Origin: Marsupella aquatica
Lineage: Eukaryota > Plantae > Marchantiophyta
Reading direction: 5' to 3'
Assembly: GCA_973895155.1 (NCBI GenBank)
Contig: OZ316891.1
Location: forward strand, 9,487,875 to 9,551,874
Length of the DNA stretch: 64,000 nucleotides
Made by a program: the position numbers and the translations under genes. Positions 25,016-38,812 of the stretch are shown piece after piece. How positions within the stretch are numbered: position 1 is the first letter of the stretch; each line of letters starts with the position of its first letter. The notes under the pieces were generated by a model. The model searched no databases and had not been told where the DNA came from. It saw nothing but the letters and a program-made list of their open reading frames with translations.

Positions 25016-25859
25016 GCACCCCTTGATGGTCAACCCCTTGAGACTGCAAGCCATAGAGAAGTATTGGCATTATTTTTTGAAGTGCACCCCCGTGGAATAT
25101 TATAGTTTATATCAATTCTTTTTAGTCTAGGAGTCCTTGTGTTTGCGTACACCTAACTGCCACTTGGCTTGCTGAAATTCTAGAATAACTTGTGTTCGGG
25201 AGAGATTAAACCCCAACTTGATTAATATGGAATTATCTCAATCGGGAGCATTTTGATACAGGCATTGTCTTCAAAATGATACTATGGGCCAATATTTCTG
25301 AGTGTTTGTACTTAGAAGAGCTAAATTCTGGCTTTACTTTGAAACACTCGGAAAGGAAAGAATTTGATTCTTTGCCTAACCATTTGTTCACGCTACCTTC
25401 CATGGAGACAATGGAGGGGGGGGGGGGGCGCATATTGTTGTTGAAGAAGCGTCAGCCAGAGATGATACAGAAAACTATTACACAGCTCATGTTGATCATG
25501 TTAAATAATGTATGTCGACCGGAATCTACAAAGGATGCAAGGTTTTTCAAAGTTAATGGATGTTATCAGTTAGGCAATGCCATCTATATATAACTTCAAC
25601 TTATCCTTTATGCTATTGCATATCTTGTCTTTAACTATTATGAGATGCATTATATTGTAGTAGGCCTTATTCAACGTTCTCTGTGTTTGTCTATGTTTCG
25701 GTTTTGAAGATGATAAGATGTTGTGTACATTAGTTTGTTTGGTTAAGTGAGTGTTTGGCTGGCAAGTGAATTGCTGGGAATGAGTAACCTTGGTCTCCAT
25801 TATTCTATGGCAGGATGTAAATGGGCATAATGTTCCCGTCACCCCTGACAAAGTTGTAG

Positions 25860-26760
25860 GTCTGATCACCAAGTCCAGAAGGTCTTGGATGTAGCAATCT
25901 GCTTCCATAAAGGAAATTTGAAGTTTGTAAAACAACTTTGGAGAGGTTACATTTCAGAATCTGCTAAAGCTGGGTTGCAAAATTTATAGACATGAGTTTG
26001 GTATCAATGACCACCACGGTAATTGATATGACGGTCACCACAATGATCCATATGCATGAGATACTCCGTGACTTGGGACATAGCATACCAGGCCATGGTC
26101 AATTTTTTTATGACATTGATAACCGGCCTTGGCCATTTAAGCAGGTAATGCCAATGCCTATGATGCATGACTGTGTGCCAAAGATCTTGGAAATCACCTC
26201 TTAATGAATATTTACATGCTTGCCGACACTAAATTAAAATTGCGTGGGACGTGCACAATTCAATGTACAAAAATTCTAATGTCAAAATTTTGAAGGCAAC
26301 CAATGCTGACCTGATGTGTGCCATCAATAGTCGGAAACTATGCGGATTGGCAAGCTCAAACATTCTCTGGCATGATAATGTCAGTCTGTGTGATTACAAA
26401 TAGTTCCAAGCAATGCAACTACTTCTTGAAAAAGCAAGAGATGTTCTGGGTAACCTTGGCTAGCTTCAAGCTCTCCAAAGCTCTCCAAAGTCTTACAATC
26501 AGATGCTAAGTAACTGAGCTATTCAAAATTCATTGGGGCAATTTTAGGCTCTTAAAAACCTAAGAATCGGCTGATTTGGGAATGAAAATTGTTGCAAATT
26601 TTGTAGGGTAGCTTTCAGCTTTGGAAATACTGAGAATAATGTCATGCCCTACCTTAAGAGCTCTGCCTTCTACTCTTTGGCAATTGAAGGCTCTACGACA
26701 ATTTAAAGTCTCTATGTGCTTCAGACTCACAACCCTTCTAGAGATCGTTGTTGGGGTGAT
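25860..26760 (+). pseudogene. NLR (NB-ARC winged helix + LRR) remnant
   Basis: MHD-type motif MHEILRDLGHSI at 26052. Downstream are NLR-style LRRs such as LQSLTIRC and LEILRIMSCPTLRALPSTLWQLKALRQFKVSMCFRLTTL, in broken frames. Confidence 0.72.
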
Positions 26761-27103
26761 CGTGATTTATGGAAAGAGCATGTGGGCTCTCATGAACTTA
26801 ACCATGCATGACACTAAGTTTTAGATTAGAATTAAAATAACAATTTGACTTATTAAAGTAATGGGTATTACACACAGTTTTGACAATGCAAATATATTAT
26901 TAAAGTCGTCTTCTTCATATCTACAGATCAATATGTTTCTACAACTAATCTTTGTACAAGAAAATATTTGGATATCCCCAAGAGAAAATAAAATGGATAG
27001 ATCATTGAGGGTTCTATTCAAATCCATGATGATTCTAATAATGAATAAAAGTAGTATATCCTAATGGAGAATAATAATAATAATACACTCTCATTCCTCT
27101 TGG

Positions 27104-27180
27104 TATGACACAATTGAATAGACTCTCTCCATATGACACAATTGAATAAAATCTCTTGATATGACACAATTGAATAGACT
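27104..27180. repeat. 28-bp tandem repeat x3
   Basis: tatgacacaattgaata..(c)tct x3. Confidence 0.85.
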
Positions 27181-28815
27181 AAGGGTTCATTAAACCTCAT
27201 AATAGTGATGTATTAGGTGTTGTTGCATGGAAGACTCATCTAAAAGATAAAACTCTAATAAAAAATGGATTACAAAACAAAAAGTTAAGAATAACTCCCT
27301 GGGTCCTCAATCTTAACTAATACGTGGAGGACGTGTGAACGCTCGAAGGGTAATTTTAATTAATTTTGATCTAATAATTATAATTATTATCGATAATAAG
27401 AAAATTTTTAATAGTAAAATAAAAATAACAAGGGGTAAACAGGAAAAGGGCTTGATAGCAGGGGTCCACTTCTTTTACATGGAGTGAGGGCCCAGGGGAA
27501 TAACTTTCTCTCATAGATTCCTGATTTTCACACATTCTTTTTCTATATCTGAGGCCAAATGGTGTCTCACTTTACATTCCCAAAGAAACCTTCCCCTGAA
27601 GATCCCATCTATAATTCTATCATTCATTCATTTGCTATTTGAGCCAAAAGACGCCCCATTACTATGTACATAAAATAAGGAAATTAAAGAAAATATGAGA
27701 GATGAATAGAAGATCACTTCGACGCAAAAAATTATCAAAACGTGGGAATGAGAAGAAAGTGTCATCCATCACTTTATTTATACTAAATTCAAGAGAGTAT
27801 GAATTACGCCAAAATGCTTGGATCAAAGCCAAGTGAACTCCTCCAAATACTACACTAAACTGTGCAATGTGCAATATTATTCTATTAACTATGTACACCC
27901 TATTGAGTACTTCCTTTGATCATGGAGGGAAGATACTCATTGATCCGTGTATTATGTTATTATTGTAACTTGTTTTTGTTTATCTCTAACAATGGTGTGA
28001 CTCTTTCTCTTTCACACTAAAATAAATTCACTTTTTGGCTTATTCCTTTTCTCTGAAAAGATTTTTAATTTTTTGTACCCTGCAAATTTGAATGATGACC
28101 ATTTCAAAAAATGACGCAACCCTTTATTATAGGAGTTAATATCTACTATTAGTACCCTAGCCTCATTCATTTACCACAAGCTTTGCCATGTTGGCGTTGT
28201 TGAAACAATTAATACTTCACTTAATGTAAACATTGCCGTGCCAAAATGTTTCGGCCAACAACAGATAATGGCGATGTAATGGCTTAAGTACTCATTGCTG
28301 GCCGATGGGGAGTGGTGAGTTGGCAGGCTGCTCAGTTGGATGGATCGGGGATTTGGTCGGCTGGTGCCTCATCATCAGTCTACTCGAGGCTCGACTGTTG
28401 GATAAGCATTGCTGGATGATGACTCAGCATACAAGGATGGTGTTCCCAGAAGACTATAAGAGGACCGGCCTTGGGCTCAGCTGGAGTGGCCTTGGGCTCA
28501 GTTGGAGTTTGATCATTAATTTTTGGTGTTTTGGATAGAGTGGTGCTTGGTTACCAATTGCGGAGAGTAGAGCTTAGAGTTGACTTACTAGTGCTTTTGA
28601 GACAGAATTTTGAGTATTTGGGGCTTGAAGAGTGAAGAGGTGAGTTTTTCTATGAATTTCGAAACTAGAGTTTCTCAAAGGGTTGAGTGCTTGATGAGAG
28701 ATAAATATTGGCCCATAGCACGACCAGACTCTCACTAGTGGCCTACTCAAGAGCAACTGATGTAACTTGAAAAAGAAAACTAAAAGTAAAGGAGTTTGAA
28801 AGCGAGCTCCAAACA

Positions 28816-28896
28816 TGTGTCACTTATCTCAATCACAGCCAAAAACTGTGTCACTTATCTCAATCATAGCCACACTTATCTCAATCACAGCCAAAA
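28816..28896. repeat. Short tandem repeat x3 (cacttatctcaatca.agcca)
   Basis: Three direct copies visible. Confidence 0.85.
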
Positions 28897-29670
28897 GCAG
28901 TCCGCTTACCTGGAGTAGCCCTCATTCTAAGTACTCGTGACAATGTCCGTGCAGAGATTGGACAGCTTCATGTAAGACCTTGCGACGTTGTGACTTGGGT
29001 TCAAATTATACAATTTTCAATTGGTGATTTTCAATTTGTCAAGGAACTCAATATGCTGTCGTGGGTAGCGTTTTGCTCGCTTATTTTCTAGCAGTTAGCA
29101 AAATGAGTATCTTTGCTGGGGGAGACACTAATTGGGGCCCACGAGAAAGGAGCCAAATCATAGTAACCTAATTGACGACACAATTGGTAGGCTGTCGTTC
29201 CCTAGCTTACCAATGATCTCTTCATATACAAATAAAGGCACTGTTCAAAGAGTACAGAACTATGAAGGCATCAAACCAGAGTACAGAGTGGGCCACTAGC
29301 CCTCCAGAAATCCCTCAATCGTTTTACCTTAAACAGGAAATGTCAAAGTTGCCTTCCAGAAGACGAAGGCCGCGTACACACTTTCCAACAAAATGTCAAT
29401 CGCCAGTGAGGGTAATCCCCATGGCATCAAGCTCGTACCAAAAAGATCGACGAACATGTATTAGGGGTAGAAAGACAATGGATTCCATTAAGACTTCCAG
29501 AATCGCTCTCTACACTACAGTAATAAATAACCGAACTCTGGAACGCCTTCCGCTCCAAGACCTGCGTAGTTCCATCAAAACCAGGCCTCAATCCTAATCC
29601 TCCTGAGTCTTCAAAACGAACAATATAATTGTTCCTGGTCAACAACTTTGGGACTGGGGCCATCTCGAGT

Positions 29671-32600
29671 TCAGTCAGTTGCTGTTTCTTTCTCAGTAAA
29701 GCTTCGGTACACAATACGCTCCTCACGGGTCTTGCTGCTTTCTGCTACTGCACAGGCTACAAGCTCCTGATGCAAAACATAAAATTGGATGAGTTGAAAT
29801 AAAACACGGATATCTGTCCCTAATTGCACTAAATGGAACCAGATCCACGCTCCGTTGCAATGCACATCAAAAAGCAGCGAATAAATACTGCAGGAAGAGA
29901 AACACTAACTGGATTGCTAAATCAACTTTATCTAGGAGGAGCGCTCGGGTCGAACCAGAAATCAGACCTTAATATTCCGATGAGATAAAAATCTTCCCAG
30001 AGAGTGCAAGAGGCGTCGGACATCATCAGCCTGTGGAACATATATGACATTTCGATATTCATTAGGTCGATCGCAGCAGTGTAGGGACTAGCAACTCCTA
30101 AAAGCACGCCAAGCGGAATATACGCTCATAAAAGGCAGACAACGCTTCAAAAACTTCTCGATGAACCCCAGCACAACACTAACTTTCCCCGTTCTTTGCT
30201 ATCTAGGGAACTCTACTCTGGACGACCTGGCAATAGAAATATTCACCTTCAAGTAACCAACTCTGTTCCTGTCAAAATAACGATAGGCCTGCGACAATCC
30301 AGACAGTCTCGTCAATCAGAAACTTGCCCAACAGCAAAAGAACATTGACATTAGATTGTCTACTGACCTAGGACACAGAGAATAAACAATCACCGAGAAC
30401 TACACACTTTCACCAAAGTTGGCAGCTTGAGATGGGACTCGCGGAAAATTGCATTCCTGGCAAAATTCAAACTAATAAGCGTGTAGAGGACCTTAGACCA
30501 GTATTAAGCTGGCAGCTTTACACACATTCTTGCACAGATAAGAAGGTATCAGCACTGCAGAGCTGGAACCAACCTGAAGTACTTCTTTACTGAGAACATG
30601 TTGTCTCTTCTCCAGCTTTCGATCTTCTACCTTTTCCTGTCAGAGGAACGAAAACAATGTCTTACTCGACGTCGACGGGAAAACATCGACAAAAGATGAC
30701 TTCAAAGGAAAAGTCTGCAGTGGCCAGAAAAGCTGTATCGAAGGCCAGGAGTGAAACTGTGTCAGGGAAGCGTCCACCCGGAAAACTATATCCCGGCCCC
30801 CGTGTCTAATACACGCTTGTATTACGAAACCTGAACTAATTCAGCTCACTTACCCCTTCACCTCTATCTTTGCTAGCTGCAGCATCCTTCATGTCAACAT
30901 CTGAAGAACCAGTCGTGACAGCAACTTCTAGCAGGTCGACAACAATTTCCTTCACTTCCTGCCCGGCTTCAGCTTCTGAAAAGGGAATCCCATCTATGTC
31001 TTTCGTCTGATCATTGTGACCACCTCCATTCTGTTCTGCCTTGTCTGCAACTGCATCCAAATTTTCTGTCTCTAACTCTGAGACTGTTTCTTCCATTTTA
31101 GCGACTAGCTTTCTCAAGTCTTCTTCACTGTTCGCATTAAGTATGTCGCTCGCTTCTATTTCAAGCCTGTTTTCTGGAACAATCTCAGGTACAGCATCAG
31201 TTGCCACGGTCTCGGTCTGGGCTTCGGATTCTGGAACAGTCTCAATTATTGGCTCTGTAATACTCTCAATCATTGATTCTGGAGCGATCTCAATGATTTG
31301 TTCTAGGACAATGTCAGGCTTAGGTGATGTTACTAGCTCCGTTTTGGGTTCAGGAGTCCCAGCCTTGTCTGAAAATTTACTGCGTTTTCTGGATGATGAT
31401 CCTTCTCCTTCCACAGTCTCGTCCTTGCTTCCTGAGCGAAGACGCTTTCTTTCCTCTCTTTTCCGGGCATAGACAGTTTCCCGCAGAACCTGTAAGCAGC
31501 ACACCGCGACTACAATTAATTTTAACTCATAAACATAGAGAGAGAGGCAGTAACATCATTGCAGAGCATATTTTTCTTTGAGCAACCTAGGAGAAACGTG
31601 GAGAAAAGAAAATTTCAAGAATACAATGTCAAAGGCAAAGCCTTCTTTTTACTACAATGCACTCTGCAATTAGTACGCTTAGAGCAATTTATCGTCATAC
31701 GAAGAGCGTGACTCCTCTGATTGCCGGGACGGGGACGCTTCGACCCTATGAAAAGGCATCCACGTCACAGCAGGCAGAGAGTCACGTCCAGATTGGATGT
31801 GAGGTGCAGCAGTGACCTGTGGCTAGGTTTAGGCACAGGCGCGTCGTGATGCAACAGGTGCAGTTAACTCTACAGAGAGGTGGAGCTCACAGGCAGGCTA
31901 GACTTCTTCAGTCATTTGTGTTTTCAGAGGCAGTGAGGACACCAATTCTGGTGCTCATTTTGGCACTCCCGAGTGCGACCAAACAAATAAGCCAATGAAG
32001 TATATACTTGCCTCTAAATCTGACAGGATGAGACTGGCCATTTTGTATCCCAGCATCTCCTGATACACCTCTGCAAAAACTGACAGCTGGACCAAAAAAA
32101 AGACAACCATCAAACTATTATTCCGTTCATTGTTGAACAACGTCCTTGCCTAGAAGGTACCATTGTAAAAAGAAAATTTCAGACTGTGTCATGCTTACTG
32201 GCAAAGGGAAACGCCTGACCACGTGTATGGATAATAAGTTGAGACAGCAACTTCAGAAACCAGTCATAAGCTCGGCCGGGATTTCCAGTCAAACCTTCCA
32301 GCTCGGATGGGATCTCAAAATTTTCTTAAGTCCAATTAAATTACTCTAAATCATTTTATCCTCGTTCAAATGCGCGTTCCCATAAATCCAATGCAAGCTT
32401 AAGAATCCTATCCGAAAAAAGGTTTGGGGTGGAGATCTCATCCGAGCTTAAAGCTCTCAGGAATCTTTAGTAGAAAGAAGCAGACACCGCTGAAAACTAT
32501 GCTACCGGAAAATTGCGACCAACGAAGCTTACTTAACATTGAGGAATGATCATAATTTCTTTAGAAGTACACGAACAATAGTTCAGAGGTTCCAATATTT

Positions 32601-35600
32601 CCCAGGCCGCTGCACAACATGCCATATCTGAAACTATCACCAGACTCAGATACCGTCCCGACAAACAATTATTCGGGGAAATGTAAAGATCACACGTTTT
32701 GGAGGAACAAGTACCTCAAAGGTGCACTCCTCCCTATCCTCTTCATCGTAGTCAAGCAGGCCATCTAAGGATATTGTCATGGATCGCATCTGCAAGACAT
32801 TGATGGACGACGCAATTGTTACAAACTACCTCACACAAAGATTCTCATTTTAGTGTATTGAGCACAATCTAAAATGTAATACAGCTGAAATGTATCCTGG
32901 ATACCAAATAACCATGAATATTGCGAAAAATGCTGGGCACAAATGGGGAAAACAGTGCAATACTTTTGTCGTCTTGGTTCGCTTGGTTGTCAATAGCAAA
33001 CCAGGCTGTTGTGGTAAGTCCTCCTCGGGTTTAAGCACTATGTCCTGGCTAGCTTCCGTGGTTTTCCCTTTCCCTTCACCTTCTTCCGGCTTACTATCCT
33101 CCTTGTCTTCAAGAACTTTATCGTTCTTCTCATCTTTATTCTCTGCGTCTCCATCGACTGCTGCTAATAATTCCTCCACGTCCTTGGTGCCATTGACATC
33201 GACTAGAAAATAATGAAACAAGAAGGTCAGTCTGGCAGTACTCCAGAGAGAAGAGTAGTAAATATCCAAGGGTCTGCTCCAGAACTCACACTTTGAACAA
33301 CTTTTACCCTAAGAAAGTGCCCTAATGATTTTTTCTGGCTGTTGTTGACTTCGGACCTTGCACGGAGCATGGCTAGCAAATTCAATTCATCTTTCGGCCC
33401 TCCATAAATTAGAAACCGTTCACTAGAACAACAATAGTGCATGTCCAATATACATTTCTAGCGCACAACACACTCAGAACTATGAGCTGAAATCTGATGC
33501 ACAACTCAGGGCCCAAACCGAGCTGTTCCCACAGATCATGTTATTTACGTAGAATTTAATAAGACAATGAGGAAAACTACTACCTTCCATGACATCCAAC
33601 TTGTTCTCTGCAGGTTTTGCCTCCTACATCATATCCAGTAACACAAACATTAGTTGCGTTCAATAACAATTAACCGTGACAAAATGCAGTCCAGGCTAAG
33701 CAAAGTGACTCTATATAGTGTACACTAAAGTTCGCGTGACAAAATGCAGTCCAGGCTAAGCAAAGTGACTCTATATAGTGTACACTAAAGTTCGCTTTAC
33801 CCCAGATAAGCATTCCACACCAGAAGCAACATGAAATCTGAAACGGACAAAACCTTATCATGTTTCAGAGCGAAGCACAGCAAGTCATGACGTCAACGTA
33901 TCTAACAAATGACCAACTCTTGAGAGACATTTTACAAACACCAGTAATGAAGCTTCGAACAGCAATTCTGATCCCATGCGCTGTATCCTAGACCAAAGAA
34001 GTCGCAACCAACTCGAAAGAATCACCTCCGCGGGCTGAATCTGCTGATCAGCAGCAGAGTCTTGATAACGTTGCCTCAAGGCAATCAGACCTAATTATAT
34101 GATCCGTTCTCAACCGGAATTCCAGAACGTAACATTTTGATCATCTCACCTTCTCTCCCTTCGCAAGGGCCTCACGATCAAGCTTTAATTGTTTCCACTG
34201 AGTCCATTGAAGCTGCCACTCTTCCAACAACGGAACGACCTGTGATAAGTCAGGAATGAATATAACCGTCACATCGTTATGGCTTGGAAGCCCATCTTCG
34301 CCAAGCCTTTCATAGTGCACCTGCACGGACAACAATCTCGTTAGGCCTTCTCAGAAAATTATACACAGACCACAATCCAATGTACTGACAATGCGATGTC
34401 GTTGTGTCGTATACCTCCAAAAATCTCAGCCAATGAGTGCAACTTGAAAGATCGAGCTGAGTGGACTGTTTCGTACATCTGATCAGCAACACTATGAATC
34501 TCATTAATACAAATAACCTCCGCATACATCATCAGAGTCGATCCGGATAAATGGCACACGCAGTTTATCCAAAAGCGCGACATCAAGCACCTCTCTACGA
34601 ATATTGAAAAGGATATAAAATAATTGATTCCAGACCTTTATCAGTCTATACGAAGAGTGATACATGGCAGTGACGACACTCGAGAACAAATACGTGACGT
34701 ACTTTCCAGCTTTAACTTGTTCACGGTTGCTAAAGGTCTTTGGTAGACTCCTGAATACCTGATCGCCGTGCGTAGTAAGGCCTCTTCGTCTGTGGCCGGA
34801 TCTCCTCCATCCAAGTCCTTATCCCATGGACCTCCACAAGCCATGATAGCACTTCGATCTTTTCTAAGTGCCACAAACTTGAGCAAATTATGAAGATGAG
34901 GAGGCTTATCTTCAACACTACTATCGGACAAAAGCTCAGACACAGCTGCTTCACTGAATCCACTCATCAGCATGACCTGCAAAACACAAGGTCACCATTT
35001 AACCTTTGCCCATCTCGCAAGACTATTTACAGTTTTTGTAGAGTGAGACAGTAAAATGCCCCATCTAGGATGTCTGAAAGTGAGAGAGACCCCTCTCTTC
35101 GCAGCTTAGTTGCAACACTGCTAGGAGAAGTGCTCAGGAGAACACGGATTGTTGATCTGATTTGGGCACCTGAGACTGCAACTCTGTATATCAGAAGACG
35201 GAGACCGTAACATCCGCTACCTTCATCGGTAAACTTACCTGATGCTATCCACAAAATTCAGCTGGTTGGATTCCGACAAAGAGCAAGAGATAAGAAACTT
35301 AGAGTTCGGTTACCGAAATCCTCGTAGGATGTACTGTTGCAGCCCATCATCGAGCTTATACCGCAGAACAAATTAGAAAACACGTACAGGTCAGCTCGGA
35401 TTGAGCACAGCTGAAAATTGATCGAATGAAAACTCGAGAAGAATCCTTAGAGAATGTACGACACAAATGGGTGGCGTCGGCCTAGAAGCCTTCCAAGATC
35501 ATCGAACTCCAAATTTGCACCTTTAGACTACATTTAATACGGAATGTGCCTAAGACACCGTGATCGTAGCCTCTGAAGATCGCCATCCAAACCTCCTTTG

Positions 35601-38600
35601 CAGCTTTACCTTCGCGTTCCACGTGGTAGTGCCTTTGGTCGGATAAGTTGCTGCAGAAGGGGACACCTTGTCAGAGGACTTTGGTGGAGCCTCCTTGGAC
35701 TCGCCCTCATCCTCTACGTCTACAGCATCGTGCTCGAAGCTGTTGCAAATCCCATTCCAGATCAACGTTTGAATTTGTCATTCAAGATCAAAGGGTCATT
35801 AATGCGTTCGCTGTCAGCGTATTTGTTTATCTATCTATGACAGCACCACGTTTAGCAGGCGAATCCCAATCAAACAAAGCTCTTCTCTCCTTGGACTGCA
35901 CGATGGTGGTGAGCGGGACCACAGTCCTCAGTGTTCCTTACAAATAAGATACCCTTGCACAACTCTGGTCTCATTCAAGTAGAGGGCTTAGTATTTGCAT
36001 TGAAAACCATCATCTTACAGGTTTCAACTAGACAAATCGAGCGCACTCAGAGATAGCATGTGTAAAAATTCTCGTTTTTGATCATGCGAGAGTCATTTCC
36101 TTAGATTGGGAAAAGATCAAAAGAACAAACTGCTCAGTGGGCTTTGATTTCAATCCTTGTTAGAGGCTGAACCAAATTCTCCAGCCTTTCCTTAGTGGAG
36201 GACAAACACATGTTTATTTAGTTGTATACCGTAGGTTACCAGGGATGTGAGCAGCATTTAGAATCAGCAGGCACTAACATCTCCCAAGCTGTCCTCAGAT
36301 TCACCAAACGTGGACAGCAAGTATGAACGATAGTCCAAGTTATGATGGTACTGGGCATGACACACAGAGAGACACCTGTACTTTAGACCCCGAACCCCTA
36401 TTGGTCCGTTGTCAATTACAGAAAAAGTGGATCTAAGAGGCGCCAAAGAGTTAAGAATACAGACCTGATAGGTTGATTGAGACGGAGTTGCGAATCCTTC
36501 CCCAGCCAGCGTACAACAAGCTGCAAGAGTTTAAAATAAATCAGCACGACACTGAGGTAACAGTTTATTTACAAATGCAAAGAACATAACGTTTACACTT
36601 CTAAGTATCTGAGACTAGATCAGTAACTAAAAAGTCAAGCAACACAAAACTCTGCGCGTTGGCAAGATGACCGACGACGCCCAGAGAGGAACTATACATG
36701 AAGCGCCAAAGCTTCTAATTAGGTCTGATAACCCACTAAAAGGTCTAAAGCAATAAATAGAACCTCCGTCTTCATTTCTGTGTGTCACGCAAAACTCGCA
36801 AGGGATCTGTGTAGCATGGCACTTTAACAGTAAATGAAGATGTCGGACGAACCTAAAGAGTACTGTAATTCAGAATGTGGCCGAGAAGCAGGGGCTGCTC
36901 ACCTTTGCAAACTCTGGAACCACATAAAGCTTTGAATACCGCTTGCAAAGAGTTGTGTAATCCCTTTCAGCGTCTACATAACTGTATTGCTCAATCTGCG
37001 ACACAAGCACCCACACAGCAACATAAACAAAACAGTTCTAACCCGTCTATATCCGCCCTCCACGCTTGACCGTTTCTATGAATGGTTCAGACACACGCTA
37101 CTGGATATCATATTGTCTACCCCAGTCATCTAAAACACAAATTCATTCATTTCCGATGACGGCATTACACTCGTTGATTACTCAAACCGTGATACCTGAA
37201 ATAATAATAAATTACCGATACATATGTCTAAGAATTATTATTGCTCGATTCCGACATAGGCAGGACCTAAATGGCGTCAAGATCCGCTAAAGTAGGAAGT
37301 AATGCGTATACGTGCAGGTAGCAATAGAAAGTCACGACCCCCAAAGAATTGAACTAAACCCTAAACCCTAAACCCTAAACTATCAGTTGCCACCAAACCT
37401 TGCATAGGTAGTCACGTCTCTTTTCCTTCGCTGGAGACGTGATCCTGCATTATCGTCAAAGAAAACCTCGTAAGAACATTCTCCCCACCCGAAAACAGAT
37501 TTAGACAAAACATTGACAAAAGGGTTACGTCAAGCCCCATACTGGTAGGCACCTGTGTTAAAAATATGAGTGGTAAGAGGCCCAAGACTTTCAATACCTG
37601 TGAGGCAAATCACGACGAGGAGACTCTTTCCGACCAACTCTGTCATCTCGTTTGCCTGCCATGAGATCTTTATGGTCCCTTGCTGGTCGAAGAGGACTTC
37701 GTTCCCTCTTGCGGAGATCATCCCGGCGATCTCTATGTGTCTCCCGTTCCCGGTCCCTATTCCGCATACGATCACGCTCCCTGTCTCGTCCTCCCCCTCC
37801 CCCTCGCCTGTCATCTCTTCCTCCGTCACGGCGTGGTGGTGGTCTGTCATCCCTTCTATCTTCAAATCGACTGCTCCCAATGCTGGGACGATCTGAACGA
37901 CTCCCAACGGCAATGTAACCACCGCCACCAGTTCCACGTCCTGCACTATATTCTCTTCCCGGTGGCAATTGGACACCTCCATAACCTATCACAGGTGCAC
38001 TGTGAGCAAACATCTGACCAGTCAGACCTCTTCCAGCATTCAAGGCTCCATACATGGCAGCTTGTTGTGCTCCATAGCCAATGCTGTTTACGGCACCTGT
38101 CGACCGCCCTCCGGCACCACCATACTGGGAGACCAGCAACCCTGCATCAGCATCCGACCTACTCCCTCCATATGACGGCCCCAGCAATCCCCTCACCTGT
38201 CCACCGTAGTCTTGTGAACCAACCCCACGCGCAGGCCCTGCTCGGGAGCCACCAAGATAGTCACCTTGATTCCTGGAAACGTTGCAATCAGGTATTGATC
38301 ATTCAATTCAAGGCGAAGACACTCTGGAAACCATACACTATGAAGGGCTGTCCATTTGATAGCACTCGAGAAGAATCCCAAACGAAAGCAAGACCAGACG
38401 GTTTAATTTTCGGCAATCATACAGCATGAAATTCTCGAAAAACAAGAAGCAAACAGGCAAACCTTGTAGCCGCATCGAGTACTGAGGATGCAGCTCCTCT
38501 GCTCAGAAGTGCCGCAGCTGCCGCCTGTTGGGCTTGGAGAGCCTGCTGCCGAAGGAGCTGACTCTGCAAATGACACATCCAATCAGCATGGCATCCCAGG

Positions 38601-38777
38601 TCAACGTACAGCCTATCTCTCAATCACCTTCCAGCATAAAGACTCCCAGATTTTTAACTATCAGGCACTCGTGGACTCATTAAGACATCTCACAACTAAA
38701 AAATGAGAAGAATAAGTATGAAAGCGCACACCTGCTGATCTTGACGCTCCTGTTGCTGATGCTGTTGCTGTTGCTGT

Positions 38778-38812
<35 letters not shown>

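Noticed and set aside
31815-31840. Telomerase RNA template (cctaaacctag on the minus strand)
   Set aside because: It does not match CTAAACCCT, and no USE/TATA Pol III promoter is visible.
37680-38429. 249-aa + strand ORF (similarly 31041-31472 and 32890-33213)
   Set aside because: Antisense shadows of low-complexity coding exons.
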